Assembly (NCBI GenBank): GCA_013239625.1
Contig: MU054391.1
Coordinates: 8,589,095-8,653,094, forward strand
Direction of reading: 5' to 3'
Length of the DNA stretch: 64,000 nt
Source: Lama guanicoe
Lineage: Eukaryota
The position numbers and the translations under genes were made by a program. Below the pieces are notes generated by a model. The model was given only the letters and a program-made list of their open reading frames with translations, did no database searches and was not told the DNA's origin. Shown piece by piece: positions 27,973-42,722 of this stretch. Position 1 is the first letter of the stretch. Each line of letters begins with the position of its first letter.

Positions 27973-29334
27973 ATCATTAATGAAGAAAAATATTTCAAAG
28001 GGAAATATCAGATGGGCCAATGCCTCTTCTTAAGTCAAGAAAGTTGGTTTTGAAACTTAACCATCTGACTTAGGAATTCATCATTCATTAGTTTCTTAAA
28101 GAGAAGAATATTGCCAGGATGAGACAGAATTGTTTTAAAAAGAGTATGGTTGGCATTAATAATTAACAACTCTGTGGAGGAATTATCCTGGAAAGATAAA
28201 TGGAGAAAGGAGGCAGTAGCTGGAAAGGGAAATGGAACAAGATACTTTCCTGAGATTATGGAACTATTACAGGATGTTCTACACTATTAGGAATGCTGCA
28301 ATAAAAGGGAAGAGACGGATGTTGCAGGAGAGAAAGAATTGTTAGAGTGGCATCCTTGGGAGAAGACAAGGAGGAAATGAGCCGCTGGAATGTAGCTGAT
28401 AATTGCAGAGTTAGTCCTTGGTCATGAGTCTGGGTAACTCATTAGTAGTTATCGGAGGAAACCAGAATGTCTGGACACAAATGCAGGTTCACTGGTAGGC
28501 GTGGCGGTGAGAAGTCTGAGAAGCAGAAGACTATCAGTTTCCCCTCCCAGAATTTTATTTGTCTCATGAATTAAGAAGCAGCATCATTAAAAGAGAGTTA
28601 AGATGGGGAGTAAATGGAAGTTTGAGGAAAAGGTATTGCAAAAGAAGTTTGTTTTTTTTTCAAGTGGGAATACACTAATACAACGAGCACTAACACACCA
28701 CTTTCATTTAGTATATTTTACTATCTTTAGGAGAATTTTACATTAATTTCTTATGTGGTTTTTGAATATTGCTGATAGTGAGAACCCGTGTGTGACGTTG
28801 ATTTGTGTATATGTGTTCCTGAGAACTTTATTGCCATAAAATGCTCCTAAAACTTTTTTCGTTGGCTTTTTTGTTGTTTCCCAATGACAGTGGGTGGATT
28901 TTTTTAATCCACTATTTCTGGGTGTAGTAGTACTTTCAGGACTCTGGATTTAGAAGCAGGTCTCACTTTAATTCATTATGTATGTGACAGTAAACTTGAC
29001 CCCTCTATCAGTTTAGATCTGAAAATTCTAGGTCCTAGATTACTGTGGTTAGGAGACACTCCATGGCTAATCCCTGCTCTTGGATGAGTTGTACCATCTA
29101 TTTAAAGGATTACAACATTCTCATTCTTTCTCTGTTGCTTCCCGGGGTGGCCCCAAAGCCTGTGGGGAGGTTATCTGTGTTTGTAAAAAGTCGTTTGTTA
29201 TATTTTATCTAACATCCTTAGGTATTTTTAGCAGGAGATTTTTCAAGTTATTTTGTCCATCACTTTTCCAGAAAGATAAATTGTGTGTGTCTGTGTGTGC
29301 CTGTGAGAGAGAGAGATCTTAGGAAGTTTACTTT

Positions 29335-29520
29335 ACATTTTGAGCCACTGTTTCTTAACCTATAATATTGAGATAATAGTATAAACCACAGTTGTAAAGA
29401 TTAAAGAAGGTGATGTATAAAAGGATAAGTTGTTCATAAAATGAGGCTGTATGTTTTTTCTCAAAGGTCTCATTCCCTATGTTTATATTAAGTGTCCAGT
29501 AAATAATTATCAGTTGTGTG
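29335..29520 (+). mobile_element. MIR SINE
   Basis: TGAGCCACTGTTTCTTAACCTATAATATTGAGATAATAGTA...GTTGTAAAGATTAAA. Confidence 0.6.
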
Positions 29521-32500
29521 TATTATATAATATTCAAATTAAGGGAGTGTTTATGCAATTCAGGCAAGCCTTTTTTCCTCTAAAACTTAATAGGTTTATC
29601 TTATTACACTATGATTTACAAAATACACGTGAAATATTTTAGATGTAATTTGATGATTAAATTATTTTTAAAATTCACATTTGTGAAAATACTCAACTTA
29701 AGTGATCATCCAGGTGTAAGACACCTGGAGTCATTGAGATGGAGACTCCTATTGCCGTAATGTCTCATCCATTATCTATTGTGTGATTGTCAAACTGATT
29801 TATAATATAAGAATGTAGGCCACACAATGAGTACACAAGTCTTGAAGTTAATGAAGACCTGGCCATGTTACCACAGCATATTCATACGCTTTTACATTTG
29901 TTCTGAAAATACAGTGAAGGGTATAATGATATTTTTAAAAAACATATTCTATGTTACAACTTCCCTACTACATTTACATAATTTAGAGTTAGATTTTTTT
30001 TTTCAGGCACCAAATTTACCACTTCCAATTTGCAAACTGGAAATCAATAGCATTCTCTTGGCACCTTCTAACCTCATAAGCAATTAAACATTTGAGATAT
30101 AAACTTAGCTGAAAATTGTGTTGACAAGTGACTTGGTCACATCTGTCCTAGAATCTGCAGCCAACAATAGTAAGAACATATTTGTGACAAAAATAATCAG
30201 ATATGATTAAAGTGCAAGACAAACCAGGAGCCAAGCTACTCAGTTATTTTACAGAGAAATATAATTTTAAATAAATATTTTTGTCTCTATAATTCATCCT
30301 CAGGAAATGCAAAAATGAGAGGAAAACATTATTCATTCTCAAATTGCAATTGTCATCAAGAATAATAAAAAGTTCTGTTGATAAAACCCATAGTAAGTGT
30401 TGAATAAATATCCATAAATGAATTACTGATTAATCAGTGTTATTTTCACATAGATTATAATTAATTTTTAAAAATGTGAACTGGTGGTAAGTTTACTTAA
30501 TTTATACGAAAGTTAATGACTGCTCTATGCAAGGCATGTATGCTTCATGTTTTGCTTACATTGTTTCACTTAGTCCCCACAGCAAACCTATGAGTTGCAT
30601 GCTGAGACACAAAAAATTGAAGTCACACATCCAAGTTCATATAACTAATATTGTAAAGTTAAGATTTGATCCCAAGCAGCGTGGCACAAATTTTCACTTA
30701 ATGCCTTTGTATAAGAAGGAAAAATAAAAAGAGAGGCAGATACACTTTTTAAGTAAAAAATGATGATGTCCTTAACACTAAAGATGATCATTTACATTTG
30801 GAAACTTCATGTGTTTATTACACTTCTAGGTGTGTGTGTGTGTGTTCTCATCTAAACAGTTGCTCTCAGGGGATCAGATCTGATGGGAGGGCCTTTCTTC
30901 GCACATACTGGGGGACAGGCTGTAAAAAGGAAATGCCCTGTGCCCAGTGTAGCGTTACGTGAACGGGGCTTTGCTGTTGCACATTTAGTGGTGCCTTAGA
31001 CTGAAGAAGACTCACCTGCAGAAAATGTACTGTCATGTGTTGAAACTGCCTTTCCATCCGGGATTCTGGCATGTGCCCCTGAAACACGGTGACATTTTTC
31101 TGGGCAATAGGATTTCAGCTGTCAGTCAGTCTATAAAGAGGTTGATACTGAAGCAGGACCTAGAAAGATGATTTCTCGCCTCCTGTGACTTGTGTATCTA
31201 TAGGGCGTAGACTCCCTCCTGGAAATGTGGAGAGGCTAGGAGTCTTCATGGATGTGGGTCTTCTCAAATTGCTCACATTCACGGGACTCAAGACATAGAG
31301 AAGGAGCAAGAAATTTTGTGATCCTCAAATCTAACTTCAGTCCCTAGAGTGATTGTTTCTAGGAATATTTGTCAGAAATTATTGATTTGCATGTCTGTAT
31401 CCTATTGTCAGCTATGCTGTTGACTGCTGGAGAAAGCAGCTTCCCCTCTCTGAGTTTACTGTGGACATATTAGCAGTGGCCATCTAACCAAAAGCACCTG
31501 TAGGATGCAGAACTGTGGACACAGGTCACTGGTGATCTGGTAGCTGCAAAAGAAAGTGGCGAGACAACCCATTAGCTTGAAAAACTGACAAATCTAAGGA
31601 ACTTTATGAGGCAACTGATTCTGGGTTATTATGCTACTGGTGGAGTTGCCATAAGGTTAATATTTTTAATGAAACAATGTGCAAATGTCTTAGTACTTAG
31701 TTTTTAAAGATCCGTAATATATGTATTAAGCACAAATAATAAATAAGATTCAGAAAGTCTAAATGACAATCCAAGAGCACACAAACAGTATGAGTTAGTG
31801 AGGAAACTGTTTAGAAGGCTAACAGCACGCTTGCCATAGCCACATATTATCACCAGAATTACTTAAGTTTGGATCGCTGCTGTGATATGAACTTGTGAAT
31901 TAATAAATGCAGCGTTTGACTTCAGTCAATAAAGACAGCAAATGTCTATCAGTTTTAAGTTTCAGCTTCACTTACTGCCCAGCAGGACAAAAGTGGAATA
32001 TAGCCACCAACTGTTTGCATCAATATTTAAGAATGATAAAGCACTTTATTTTTATTCTGCTTTTAAAAATCTCTAGAAGTCAATTTAATTTTCCATTTTG
32101 CTCAGTGCATCACTCCAGGATCAATTTTGAGGGTTTTTTTCAAAAAGTATTTCAGACTAAATACAGATTATAGTGAGCTTTAAAAGTACTCATTGAGATT
32201 CATTAGATTTTAGCAGTAGCGTATTGGTGCACGATTTCATTTATAGCCCTGGTATTACGGTGCATCATTAATTACAGTAATTTTCCCTCTCAGTGCCATT
32301 CTTTTCATTGTTCTGTGGACCTTCAAGTAGAATGGGAGAGCTCCAGATGTGACTGACTGACTGAGGGAAAATGTCACAAAGCGTGAACCCTCTATGCCAA
32401 GCTTTCAACCACTGGATGGGCCAGATTGCAGTCAGTGATGTGTAAAGGACAAATCAAAATGTATGGATTGACACACATATGGTTTTAAGCCTCAACATTT

Positions 32501-32587
32501 CCACATTGAGCAAGTCACTTCAGCACCATGAAATTCAGCTGTTTGATCAGATAACTTAGGGTAGTTCTTAGTTTAAATATAGGACTT

Positions 32588-33036
32588 GTATCAGTCAATG
32601 TTGCTGCAAAGCAAATAACCCTATAAGCTAATGGCTTAAAACATCACCTAATTAGCTCTTATTCTGTGAAGAATCCAGATGGTTCCTCTGGTCTGAATGG
32701 GCCCTTCTGGTCTTGGATGATCTAGAACAGTCTGACACATGTCTGCCCTCAACTGGGCTGTCAGGTGAAGCTGGAGCCTCCCTTGTGATGGCCTTCCTCC
32801 TTCCAGGAGGTTAGCTCAGGTGTATATACACGATGGAAAACTCCCCAGAAGCAAGAGAGGGCCAGCCTAATGTGCAAGCATTTCTAGCAACATGCTTTTG
32901 TCAGGGATGCCCATGTTCCACTGGCCAGTTAAGACACACGGCCAAATCCAAATAAGATGGAGAAATAAACTCCCTTTCTTCACAGGAATAGCTTCAAAGA
33001 GTTTGTGGCCTTTTTTTTTTCCTTGCAATCGCCAAC
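32588..33036 (-). mobile_element. MaLR LTR (MLT1J/K-like)
   Basis: TGTATCAGTCA...AATGGCTTAAAACA...CCACTGGCCAG...CACACGGCCAAATCCAA...ATGGAGAAATAAACTCC. Confidence 0.7.
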
Positions 33037-36000
33037 AACTCTGTTTTGAATATTAGTGAGCATGAATGCAAAGTGTTTATTGTGTAAGAATAACTAAACA
33101 CACGTCATGGTTGTTAATGTGCTTTACCAATCATACATTTCAATATACCAATGATTTACCAATATTTATTAAGAAAATACAGTGACTTAGTCTCTTCCAA
33201 TTATAATCACAGTCAGTAATAGCTTTGAGCATAAATCTTGGTATACTTGCTCAAGTATTCCTGAAGAAAAGCCATTGATAAGTGTGAGAAGTTATTTTTG
33301 AAATGAGAAATTTGGAGCAGAGACTATCTGTCCTGATTTCTGTGATTTTTTCCAATATTTTACTTTTTCTTCCTAAGACATATCTATTTACCTTTGGAAT
33401 CATTACCAGGTATTCAAGAACTTCTTAAATAATGATCAAAGGATATACTTGCAGGATGTTGAAAGTTTTAGTGGTTTAAAATTGTAATCTTTATCATGAC
33501 CTCTCCTTTTCTGAATGAATGGCATTTGTTTTACATTAAAACCTCCTCAAAGTACCAGTTACAAATGAAAATTGACTCTTCATCTCAAATGAGGTGTCCT
33601 TGAGTCGAATGACACACCCCCTGCCTGTATGATCTCACCCAGTTTTTTGTCTGTAAATAATAGCAATTGGCTGTTGACCTCCAAATTTTAACTTTAGTAT
33701 GGGAGCCTCTCCTGAGCTTCAGGTTTGCCTAACCACACTGTACTATTTTCGATTTGTGCTATAAACCAATTAGAATGAAAATGGATAAAACACTCCGAGG
33801 ATGTCTCACTCATCTTTATTTCTACTGCAGTACAACTCTATAAAGGGTTCCGCAGACACTACATGCTATAAAATGCTAAGCAAAGGTATTTGAAATGAAA
33901 ATCGCCTGAGGAAACTTCCCTCCGAATCCCTTCACTTCAATGGGTTAAATGACTTTCCTCTAAATTTTAATATAATCCCAATACCATCTAAAGTGACATT
34001 TCGTAAACTTGGCTTAGAGTCGTGTCTGTCATATCATATTGGCTCTTGCAGCTCTCAGAACTTAATCTCTGATTTTGCCAAGATTTGCTCTGCACCTGGG
34101 TTCTCTGGCTGCAGCCAGGAGGCCAGATGCAAAAAACATCCTGGCAGGTCTCATGTTGTTTGGATAGAGAATCGATATTCTTTTCTGTGATGTTTTATTG
34201 TATACAGAAGTGTTAGTTCTTCCCTCTCTTTTGTGAGCAAATTGCTATATTCTTGTACTTTGAGTTAATGTTTAAATAATGATATTGATGCTGGATGCTC
34301 TCAATCACTCTCTCCATTTATATTTTAATGAATGAATAATAAGTACCTTACAAGGTGGTTGTTGGGATTATAAATAAATACGATTCTGTATCTAACATTC
34401 TTCCTAATTTGATACAGGATGCATAAAGTTTAGATCAGAATTCACTCAGTAAATTCCTCTGAAATAAATTCACTGTACTGGTCAATTTTTGCCTGCTGAA
34501 GAACCCTCCAAATAAATAAATAAATTAAAATGCTATATCATTCTCCTTGCAGAGACTTGTGGTCTAATGATTCATTAAATAGCATTAAATATCTCTTGCA
34601 TGTATTCAACACTCTATGTTCTTTACAGTGCTGTAATATGCAGTAGCTCATGAGACCCTCATAACAAACCAGTGAGGTAGACAGAACAGTAATTATTTCC
34701 CTCTTTAAAAAAAAAAAAAGGTAATTGCCCACCAAGAAGATAAAATGTCACTTAAGTTTATACCGTATTAGAATATTGGATTTCTGTGAAATAGACCAGT
34801 GCTTTCTCCACCAAAGAAGACACAACTTATAAGAGCAAGGTTGATTTTCACTTGAAAAAACAGATACTTTAATGTATGGATAATCATGGATAGCCTACAT
34901 AAGACTGCACTGTTGAAAAAGAAAAAAAAAGCAATAACAAAAATCAGGCTCCTTTTTATATCAGTTCTAACTTCCATACCTAATCTGATCATTCTTATAC
35001 TTACACCTAACCCTAAATAGTTATTTATTTTTATGTTTCCTATCAAAGACACTGGGAAAATAACCATACATGGGAAGGAGGTAGGATTTAAATTGCACAG
35101 ATATGTATTAAAATGCTAATTCACTCACTTATTAGGTATGTGATTTTTTGTTTTTGCATAGCTTTTCTGTGCATTGATATTGTTTGGAGATGAAAACAGT
35201 CTTATCTACTGTGGAGAAATTGTATGATTTATGCAAAGCACCTGCAAATAGTAGTTACTTGAAGAATTCGTATTTCTCCTAATATCTTCATTTCTCCCCC
35301 TCTCCTCTCTACTTCACCTTCACTTTAAATATATAAAGATTTGTTTTTTATTTTGAGGTCCGAAAAGGAAACTTAATATGTATGGAAATGGGAGGAAATG
35401 GGACTTTATGATCATCAGAGGCACCACTTTTGTTTACACAACTTACATGATAATGCAGGAAATTTAATTAAAAGCAATCAGTGATAGTCATCTAATATGA
35501 AACCTGTTAGACATTTCAACCCTAGTGACTTTTTGACAGTCAAAAATAAGCATAATGATTAAAAGCATTAACTGTCATATATCCTGTATCACAAACTTGG
35601 TAAACAGACACAAAGCATCTAGATCCAATAGTTATATTTAAATGCACTCAAAGTGGTAGATGTATTTCCTTGGATTTCCATCACCTCGGAATATATGCAC
35701 ATTTTCTTGAGACAGCGTAATAAATTCCTAGGCTCTAGTTAATTATTCTGTAGTTAAATGTCTAATTTTAGAGCACAGTAGCCCTATGAGAGTTTACCAG
35801 TGTTAATTTGGTGGAAATGAGTAATAACCCTAGAAGATTTGATAAGATATCCACACCCTAAAAAAACTGGTCTTAAGGTAGAATGGAGATTACTGATCCA
35901 CACTGAAGGATGTAGTAAAGTAAATTCCCATTCATGTGGAAGTTTTGGAAGCAAAACTGTGCTGGACTGGAGAAAAGAGGTAATTACCACATTGAGGAAA

Positions 36001-37839
36001 TGTGCAAGATAAATGTGACTCTCAATCTACTGCCTTCTAGTTAGCTACCTCCTGTTGGTCTGGGAATCTCACACAGGCTTGGAAAACTTTCAAAACACTT
36101 TACAAGGTAAAATTTCAGTCCATTAGAAATCATAGTGCCTGCTGTAAACTCTGTCTTAATTCACATCTCTCAGTCTGAATAGATGAGCCTAGGAGTTTTA
36201 AGCTGCCTCAAGAGAATTTGTACAGACTGTCCAGACATGATGCAAATCCAAATAAATGTCTACTACTTTTAGTTCATGTAAGTTTAACTCTTGATTCTAG
36301 CTACCCTGCTTCTATCTACCTGAGTAGTGGCACAGAGCATAGCAGCTGTGTTTCTAATCCTTATGCTTATTTTTGACCATCAGAAAGTCACTGAGATTCA
36401 CATGTCTGAAAATCTTCATATTAAATGATTATTGATTGCTTTGTATTTAATTAAATGCCCTGCTTTATCATATGTTTTTACATTTAAAAACTATTCCTCT
36501 GATGATCATTCTATTATTATAATCTTTTATATATTTTTTAATTTACTAGTGAATGTTATGTTTGATATACGAATGCCAAAATAATTATATAGAAGAAACC
36601 CTAAACATTTAAATTAACCTAATAAACATATTTTAAAAGAAGAATGTCCATAAAAGCTTTTTACTAATGGACAGCTCATATGAGTGATGATTCTACCAAT
36701 AAATTTGATTTTTGGAAAGCAGAGCCAAAGAACAGAAATTCAATGAAACAAGTATTATTACATTCCATTCATTAGGCAGGGCCTTAGCATATTTCCTCTT
36801 GTTAAGAAATTCCTACCAAAATTCATTAACAAATAAAACAGCCACAAGCTTTAATGCAAGTTAAGTAAATAATTTCAAGCTACAAAAATTCCAATAAATT
36901 CAATGTTTATTTAGTTCTTATTATGAACAAAGCACTGTGATCTGCCAAAAATAAATAAGACATGCCCCTTGCCTCATTTAAAGGTATTATGATATCTAGA
37001 TGAAAAGATGAAAAGATATTGGTAAACTATTGAAGTTTAGAAAATAGTTGTTATAGAGGTTGCTGTTGTCAATAACCATCACACTATGAGACAAAGGAAA
37101 GGGAGCATTGGGTGTGCCTTGCTGCATGCAGACTATAAATGGAAAGAAATGGAGCTCTGAAATGATAATTACAGTGTAAAGTGAAAATTCTGCCACTCAT
37201 GAGAAGCTCCTTTTGACCTTCTTAAGGAAAATTTGATTTTATAGCTGTCTGGATTCTTGCCTAACTCTGCTGGAGTCTCTTGTTCAGTTTCTTCCTGCAC
37301 AGTCAGGGGCAAGTAACTCATGCATAAATAGCCACCACCCAGTCCTAAGACCTATATCAGACTTGAAAAAGCATTGGTCAGTTTTCCAGAAGTCATCTTC
37401 CATCAGACTCAAGATTTAAGCCTGCCTGAGGCATACTTCTGTACAACCAAAGAGCTTCTACTCTTTTGGGGAGTGGGAACTGAAGAGGGACAGGATGGAG
37501 AACAGGATGGCTGTTTTTCTCAATGAGCATTGTGGAACTTTTATTTTTTTTTAACTGTTTAAGCTGCATCACGCTGTACAAGCTCTATAATTGCGCTAAA
37601 AGGAACACTTATTTGAAAATCAATAATAATGTTTAAAAACATTTCCTTTTTTCTAACATATTTGTAATGGTTTTATGTTTGTAACAGTCACCTAACAACA
37701 TTCTGACTTCAATTTATTTCAGTCTAGGAGAGTCCATTGATGTGAAGAAACTATGTTTTCTTCATCAAGTGGTTTACTAAAATAAATATATAGTGCATTC
37801 ATTTGTATTATGGTTCACCATCGCAAGTGACTGGAGATG

Positions 37840-38100
37840 GAAGGAAATACACTGACTTCAGATAAGTTCTAGACACAGACAGAAGAATATTCTTGTTATT
37901 TTTCTGCCAATTACAAGTTGTTTTATACTAGGAAAATTACTTTAACTCTCTGAAATTCAGTTTGATAATCTGTAAAAACTAGATTAGAATAACTGTTTCA
38001 AATGGCTTTATGAGAATTGAATTAGAATGTATATGAAGCCTTCAGCATAGTCCTTGATACGAAGTAAGTCTTTACTGAATAACTGTTACTATTGCCTGTC
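37840..38100 (+). mobile_element. MIR SINE
   Basis: TTACTTTAACTCTCTGAAATTCAGTTTGATAATCTGTAAAA...ATGAGAATTGAATTAGA. Confidence 0.7.
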
Positions 38101-38437
38101 TTCTCATTCCCTTTGAATATCCTTAAGGTAAAAATTTTGAATAGCATTAAAACATTTATGCTGGCTTATATAAATTTTAGTTAGCGTGAATTTATTTCTT
38201 GAGTTCTGATAACCCGTAGGTATTAACAATAAACTGTTCTAGGCCAAATTTAACCAATCGTCCTTAAACACGACTGTATCTTTTAAAAACTTATATCCTT
38301 TGTTCTTCCACTGAAGTCTATTATACTTACTAGTTTTAATTTTTTTCCCTGTGAACACAAATAGCATGCAAATATTTATATTAAAATATTATTTGGGTTT
38401 AGTTCGAATCATGTTCAGGTGAAGAAATAAAAAGATA

Positions 38438-38682
38438 ATTCATGAGTAGGATTAGTGCCTTATAATAGAGACCCCACATTACTCTGTAGCCCCTCCCACA
38501 ATGTGAGGACAGAGCAAGAAGGCACAGGCTATGGACCAGGAAAAGGGCCCTCACCAAAGCAGAACCACGTCGGCGCCTCGACCTTGCGCTTCTCGGCTTC
38601 CAGAATTATGAACAACACATTCCTGTCTTCATAAGCTGCCCAGTTTGTGGTATTTTGTTATAGCAGCCCAAACAAACTATAA
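38438..38682 (+). mobile_element. MLT1A/MST-type MaLR LTR (3' part)
   Basis: GGATTAGTGCCTTATAA...GGCTTCCAGAATTATGA...GTTTGTGGTATTTTGTTATAGCAGCCCAAAC. Confidence 0.85.
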
Positions 38683-38809
38683 GGGATGTTAACAAGTTAA
38701 TTTAGCCAGATGTCTGGCTACAACGCCAATATACAAAAATCTATTCCGTTACTATAAAATAGTAAAAAAAAAAAAAGTTGAGACATTTAAAGAATTTTAA
38801 ACTTTATTT

Positions 38810-38965
38810 TAAATTTTAATATCAATAATTATTAGTATTATTAATATTGACATTATTAATTAGTATTTATTATAAATAATTTTATTTATATATTTATATA
38901 ATCTTTATAAATATATATAATATTTATTTATTTATATTATGTATTAAATATATAAATATTTATAA
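38810..38965. repeat. AT-rich low-complexity tract
   Basis: Almost exclusively A/T. Confidence 0.9.
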
Positions 38966-38978
38966 CATGTTTTAACAT

Positions 38979-39496
38979 TGTTCCAGTTACTGGTGCTGGT
39001 GTAACAAATTATCACTAAACTTACAAACTTAAAACAACTATTTTAGTGTGCTTATGGAGTCCGTGGATAAAGAATTTAGACTGGACACAGCTGGACTGAT
39101 TTTTCTTTTATCCACAGTATCAAGGGCTCTATTGGGACAACTTTTAACGGCTGTAGACTGGAATCATTTGTGGCATTGTACTCACAGGACTGGCAGTCGA
39201 TACTGGCTGGTGGCTGCACCCACTGTGACATCTTTGTGTGTCCTGGCCTTCCTCCCCTGTGCTGTTCTCAGCATAGCTGAACTTTCTACTTGATAGCTGG
39301 CTCTAGACTTTAAAAATAAATTTCCCATAAACAGGTAGAAGCTAAAACCCTTACTAACATAGCCTCCAAAGTCACTCAACTCGGTTGGTTACAAGTGAGT
39401 TACAAGTCCATGCAGATTTAAAGGGGAAGAACATAGACCCCATCTGTCAGTGAAAGGAGTGTCCAAGAATTTGGGGGTCATATTTACAGTCACCAT
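38979..39496 (-). mobile_element. MaLR LTR (MLT1-type) nested in L1
   Basis: TGTTCCAGTTACTGGTGCTGGTGTAACAAATTATCACTAAACTTA...ACATAGACCCCATCT...AAGAATTTGGGGGTCATATTTA. Confidence 0.75.
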
Positions 39497-42315
39497 GAAT
39501 TTCATAAAAATAAACCTTTATAATATACCTGACAAAAGATATACATGGCACGTACACTGAAACTATAAAATGTAATTAAGAAACATAAAGAATATACAAA
39601 TATGTGATGGAATGTGTTTATGGGTTAGGAGCCTCGTTATTGTGTGGATTCAATACATTCTTGATCAAAATACAAGTTTGATATGTGTGTGGGAATTAAC
39701 AGATTGGTTCTGAAGTGTATATAAAAATGCAAGAAATAGTCAAGACAATTTTGAGTAAGAACACAGAGGACTTACACTACAAGATGTCAACTTCATCATT
39801 AAATTAAAGAGTCAAGACAGTTTAATATTGGTGCAAGTGTAAGGAAATAGACCTCTATGGAGGTGTGTGAGTTCTTTAACATGTTTGTATAGTAGGTGGC
39901 AATCCAAGTAGCACTAAAAAGACAATCTCTTCAAATGGCGATGGAACAATGGGATACCCAGAAATAATATAACAGAATGTTCATAGCAGTACTGATGATA
40001 ACAGCTCCAACCCCAATATCCAGCAATAGTGAGTGGAATGAACCAGTAAGTTGTAGAATATATACGTGATGGAAGATGATACAGCAATGGGAAAGAACAA
40101 ACTACTGATATGTACAGCATAGAAACAATGAAAGAAGCTAGCCAGAAAGAACGAAATACTATGCGATTCAACCTATAAAATTAAAAAAAAAGTCAAAACT
40201 AAGCTATGGTGTCAGAAGTCAGGATAGTAGTTACATTTTGAGAGAAAGAAAGGGTAGTTTATAAAGGGGCTGAGGACAGTCCCTGGAGGGCTAGTAATTT
40301 TCTACTTGCTGTTGTTATATGAGTTTGTCGACTTTGTGTGTGCTTATGATTCATGACTGTATTACATTCTTTAGTAAAAGGGATTAATAAAAAATAATCA
40401 GGTACAAAGCTTTAATAGTACTAGAATCACATTATTTGGACCTTAAATATTACTGTCTATGTGAACTCAGGCAATTTTAACTCTGACTCATTTTTATTCT
40501 ACAGATAAGTATATGATGATGCTATAAATCTCTGGGTTTTGTTGAGAAAATTACGTAGTATGATAACATATATAAAGTGGTTAGAATGATGCTTACCATC
40601 TAAAAAGTACTTAATAAATAATCTTTATTGCTGTGGCCTTACGCTATTTCTGTTACTGTTTTCATTGTTTACTTCTTTTGTAAAGCAATATTGGAACCTT
40701 ATGAACCCATTACAGCTTTCATATTTTCATTTTTCATTAGCAGATGGCTCTTAAATTTGTGGTGGTACTGGTAATATTATTTTAGTATCAATTTTATTAC
40801 TATTCATTGTGTAGCCTTGGGGCAAGTCACTTCCTAACACAATGACTAAGTTTTATATATTTAAAAACACTGAATTTAGATAACATGAGAGCAAGAGTTT
40901 CTATTACTCCAAATTTCTAGTAAACTGTGTTGAAACAATTTTACAGGTACATGTACATATGCTAAAAAATACCTGGATCTAATATTAATCATATCTTTTT
41001 AATCATATCTTTTATATCTTTAAGGTAAATAATTCTTACCTTGTTCACATTATAAAAAGTGTAAAACTCTACAGATAAGCAAATATATAAAACACCACAC
41101 TCTTTCCATAATAATATTGTTTATAAGGTAGATACAAAAAGACATAGATATAAATATATCCATACATGTTATTTTGTGAACACGCATGTCTATACGAACA
41201 CACATATATTGATATTTTATTTTCTCACCACATCCTATAAAGATTTCCCCCTTTATTTCTTGAAAGCCAGATATGTGTAGATGAAACTTCGCTTTCCAGT
41301 ACAAGAAAGGCAGCTGATAAATGATGTCTTAAGGAAATCATTTGAACTGTTTTTTTTTTTTTCAAGAAGATAAAGGGAAGGATATTTTTAGAATTTTGAG
41401 AGTAAAAATGTCTCTTTTACAGAAAATGTTTACAAGGAGTTATGCTGTAATAGAAGGACTGAGAAGTCATGTTAAGAGAAGAAATATAAATACCACTGAT
41501 TTAAGGACAACTCAAATTATTTGAATTGAGAGTAATATTAGGCCGTATGGAAAATATACAAAGAGAATATTTTATTTTTTAATGTCAAATAAATTATAAG
41601 TATTTCATAAACACTTTAAATAATTAAATTTGGACATTGATTTAAAAAGAGGGAACATCTAGAGAAGATACATAAATACTATTCATTAGTCAAACAATAC
41701 CAAACGTCTAATGTAGGATGAATCCTTATCATGGGCTAGAGATAAAACATGTATAACTTCCTTCTTATGGTACAACAGCATAAGAAATCATTTTATTCCT
41801 TTACTCAAAAGACATTTATTAAATATTCCTCATCTCATACAACACACACTTTGGGGCTAGACATACCTTGCAAATAAGGCAGGCAAGTTCTTTGTTCTTA
41901 TACAAATTTATTCTAATGAGAAAGACATAAAGAACTAAACAAATGACATAATTACAAATTCTAATAGAATCCATGAAGGAAAAGACAGGGTGATAAACTA
42001 TACACTAATTCTCTGGGGCAACATCAGATATGTCTCAAGAATAGTCTTTCTGTAGATGTGGGAGTTAAGAACTGTAAGTGGGGGTGAGTCAGCTAAAGAA
42101 AGTGAATTGCAGTCACAGAGAAAATAAACACGGAGGCTCAAAGGCGCAGCAGCAGAAATAGGATGGGAGGCCAAGGGAAAAGCATGGAAGACAGGAAGGT
42201 GAGATCTGACTGAAGGCTCTTTTCCACTTCACTCAAATATCACCTCTTAACCAAGAAATTTCCTGATCTTCTGTCAAGTTAGTGCTTCTTCTGTCACTCC
42301 CTGCTTCGGACTTTC

Positions 42316-42660
42316 TGCTTCAGCCTGAATTGTGTCCCTAAGATCCATATGCAGAAGCCCTGCTCCCCAAAGTGATGGTATTTGGAGGCAGGACCTTTGG
42401 GAGGGAATTAGGTTTCCATGAGGTCATGAGGGTGGAGCCCCCATCATGGGATTCGTGTCCATGTAAAAGGATGAAGAGACCAGAGCTCTCTCTCAGACAC
42501 GTGAGGATACAGCAAGGATGGCCGTACTGCAGACCAAGGAGAACTCAGCAATGCTGGCACCCTAGGCTAGGATTTCCAGCTTCCAGAACTGTAAGAAATA
42601 AATGTTTGTTTAAGCCACCTAGTCTTGGTGGCTTGTGACAGCTGCCTGAGCTGCGAGACA
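42316..42660 (+). mobile_element. MLT1A-type MaLR solo LTR
   Basis: Full-length TG...CA; CTGAATTGTGTCCC, GTGATGGTATTTGGAGG, CAGCTTCCAGAACTGTAAGAAATAAATG; 5-bp TSD CTTTC/CTCTC with 1 mismatch. Confidence 0.9.
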
Positions 42661-42722
42661 CTCTCTTTCTCCTTACTTTGTGCCTTTGTTGTCTTCCTAG
42701 TACTCACAGACTCTTAGCATGA

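Larger units (their letters stand above)
38690..40390 (+). mobile_element. Old L1 (L1MC/ME-like) ORF2/3' remnant, interrupted by an AT-rich tract and an MLT1
   Basis: AATATACAAAAATCTATT; ACACTGAAACTATAAAA; GAGGACTTACACTACAAGAT; CTAAGCTATGGTGTCAGAAGTCAGGATAGTAGTTAC. Confidence 0.75.

Noticed and set aside
29709..29729. Perfect 9-bp hairpin TCCAGGTGT-AAG-ACACCTGGA with inverted E-boxes
   Set aside because: A stem this short is expected by chance in 64 kb
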